This document shows positions 62,454-64,000 of a stretch of DNA of 64,000 nucleotides, one piece after another. The DNA is from Blasia pusilla. Its lineage: Eukaryota. The notes beneath the pieces were generated by a model, which was not told the DNA's origin, ran no database searches, and worked only from the letters and a program-made list of their open reading frames with translations. Each line of letters begins with the position of its first letter. Position 1 is the stretch's first letter. The DNA is taken from positions 16,802,001-16,866,000 of the forward strand of contig CM114271.1 of the NCBI GenBank assembly GCA_050084515.1, written 5' to 3'. Both the position numbers and the translations under genes were made by a program.

Positions 62454-64000
62454 TGTCGTACGCATACACATTGCTCCACAACATACATCGCTGTCACCGA
62501 GCACACACACAACCACGCATGATCCCATGCTAACTCATGGCATTCAAACAACGAGACAAGAAGTACCAAAATATTTCCAATAAAATAAGATCAAATCTCT
62601 CTCTCAACACTATAGTTCTCACATGTGTGCACTCTCACATGTGTCTCTCAATATCAAACCGAACCCACTCTGCTAATGAGAGGCTTGGGTTACACACACA
62701 AGACAAGCAAGACCATAACTCCGCCGCCTCATGCCAAGCGGTTCAACAAAAAAAGAATGAGCTCTTAAGCTCTCTCTCCTTGAGGTATACCCCTCCCCTC
62801 TCCCAAGCTCTCTCCATGGTAACCTATGCTCCCAAGTCACCTCCTTGGCTCTTGACCTGATGTAGGAGGTCAAGGGCTAATAACCAAAAATAGAAAGTTG
62901 ATCACATACTCAAAATGGTACTTACCTAAAATAGTAAGTTCCTCAATATGGCTCCAAATGAGCCGAAACGAAGGGAAAACCTACTCTCTCAAGTTTCCCG
63001 ATGCCTCGATAGGTCATCCTCAACCTACTGAGCCTGTCCTCCGCTGCTCATGAAGGCGCTTTACTAGATCCCACCGATCTATCCTAAGAGACGTGATAGT
63101 TATCGTGCGCATACACATCGCTATACAACATACATTGCTATCATCGAACACACACACAACCACGCATGATCCCATGCTAACTCATGGCATCCAGACAACG
63201 AGACAAGAAGTACCAAAATATCTCCAATCGCCCCCCTAGCTGGTGGTTAGGTCCCTCTAACTCCAGATAGCCATCTATCCCTACCTATCATGACATACAT
63301 CTCTCGGACGCTAAGAGCAAGAAGGCCGGGTGGTCATGTGGCCCCATTGTTAGTCGCCTTCTTATCATCCATGTCATAGACACAAGTCAGAATGTAGAAC
63401 TACCTACTCTATGTACATATGTGACACATCCATCGTCCTTGAGGAACCCTAGTGAGAGGTGGCGTCAAACATGCCATATGCCATCCTCACGAACACCCAT
63501 CAAAGACTAGCATAGTGGCTGCACCACGAGCGGAACCACACAACATACATCGCAAGCCTACACAAACTATTGCTAAGCTCGGATCAACTGTACCGTCAAT
63601 GTTTGGAAGATGACATGGCGCACAGTTACGCACATGGTCCTTCCAAACCATACCATCGTGTCCCTCCAATAAGAGAACACTGGATGGCAAAACCTCATGC
63701 ACTCTCAAGATGGTGCGCCCTGCAGTCACAACCAACGTCGTGGATGCCATCTGCTGCAAGTAGATATAATATCCGTGATGAAACCTCCAGATAGTAGGTC
63801 GATAACCACCTCCACGAATAGTCGCATACCTCAACGTATCCTGATGTTGCACAATCGCCAAGTTTTCAAACGCCATGGGCATCACTCTCCAAAACAACTC
63901 AGCCCTCTCAAAATATGCTCACATCCATACATTAGGGTCATCAAGGTTCAACACCTCACCAGTATCTCGACGAATGGTCGTAGGTAAATTTGGCTCTCGG
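62454..64000 (-). mobile_element. 3' end of another Gypsy-DNMT copy (integrase C-terminus, PHD, B1-A2-B2), runs off the window
   Basis: B copies at ~62454-62581 and ~63102-63228; RCMLCGSARGAATMLVFDGC PHD start; purine tract AGGGGGG upstream of B1. Confidence 0.9.

Noticed and set aside
1-64000. CRISPR arrays, rRNA or tRNA genes
   Set aside because: No regularly spaced repeat-spacer array or recognisable structural RNA gene was seen.

Overview
Repeat-dense eukaryotic nuclear DNA, most likely from a land plant (inferred from an intron-rich plant-type subtilase, an SDR gene and a mitochondrial rpl2 insert). About half the window is one family of decayed Ty3/Gypsy-type retrotransposons, present as one full-length copy (6825-16946) plus six partial or solo pieces. 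The family is unusual in three ways. (1) Its polyprotein reads gag-protease-DNMT3-like cytosine methyltransferase-RT-RNaseH-integrase-PHD finger. (2) Its termini are split direct repeats (A1...B1-NN-A2-B2) rather than two identical LTRs, yet it has a DDE integrase and an apparent 5-bp TSD. (3) Copies nest in one another. Also present: a Copia relic split by a 14.4-kb Helitron-bounded insert, a CRE-like non-LTR fragment, a composite hAT transposon with four TIRs and an 8-bp TSD, hAT MITEs, solo LTRs of a second family, several long palindromes, and two host genes. All calls come from reading motifs by eye; no database search was run.
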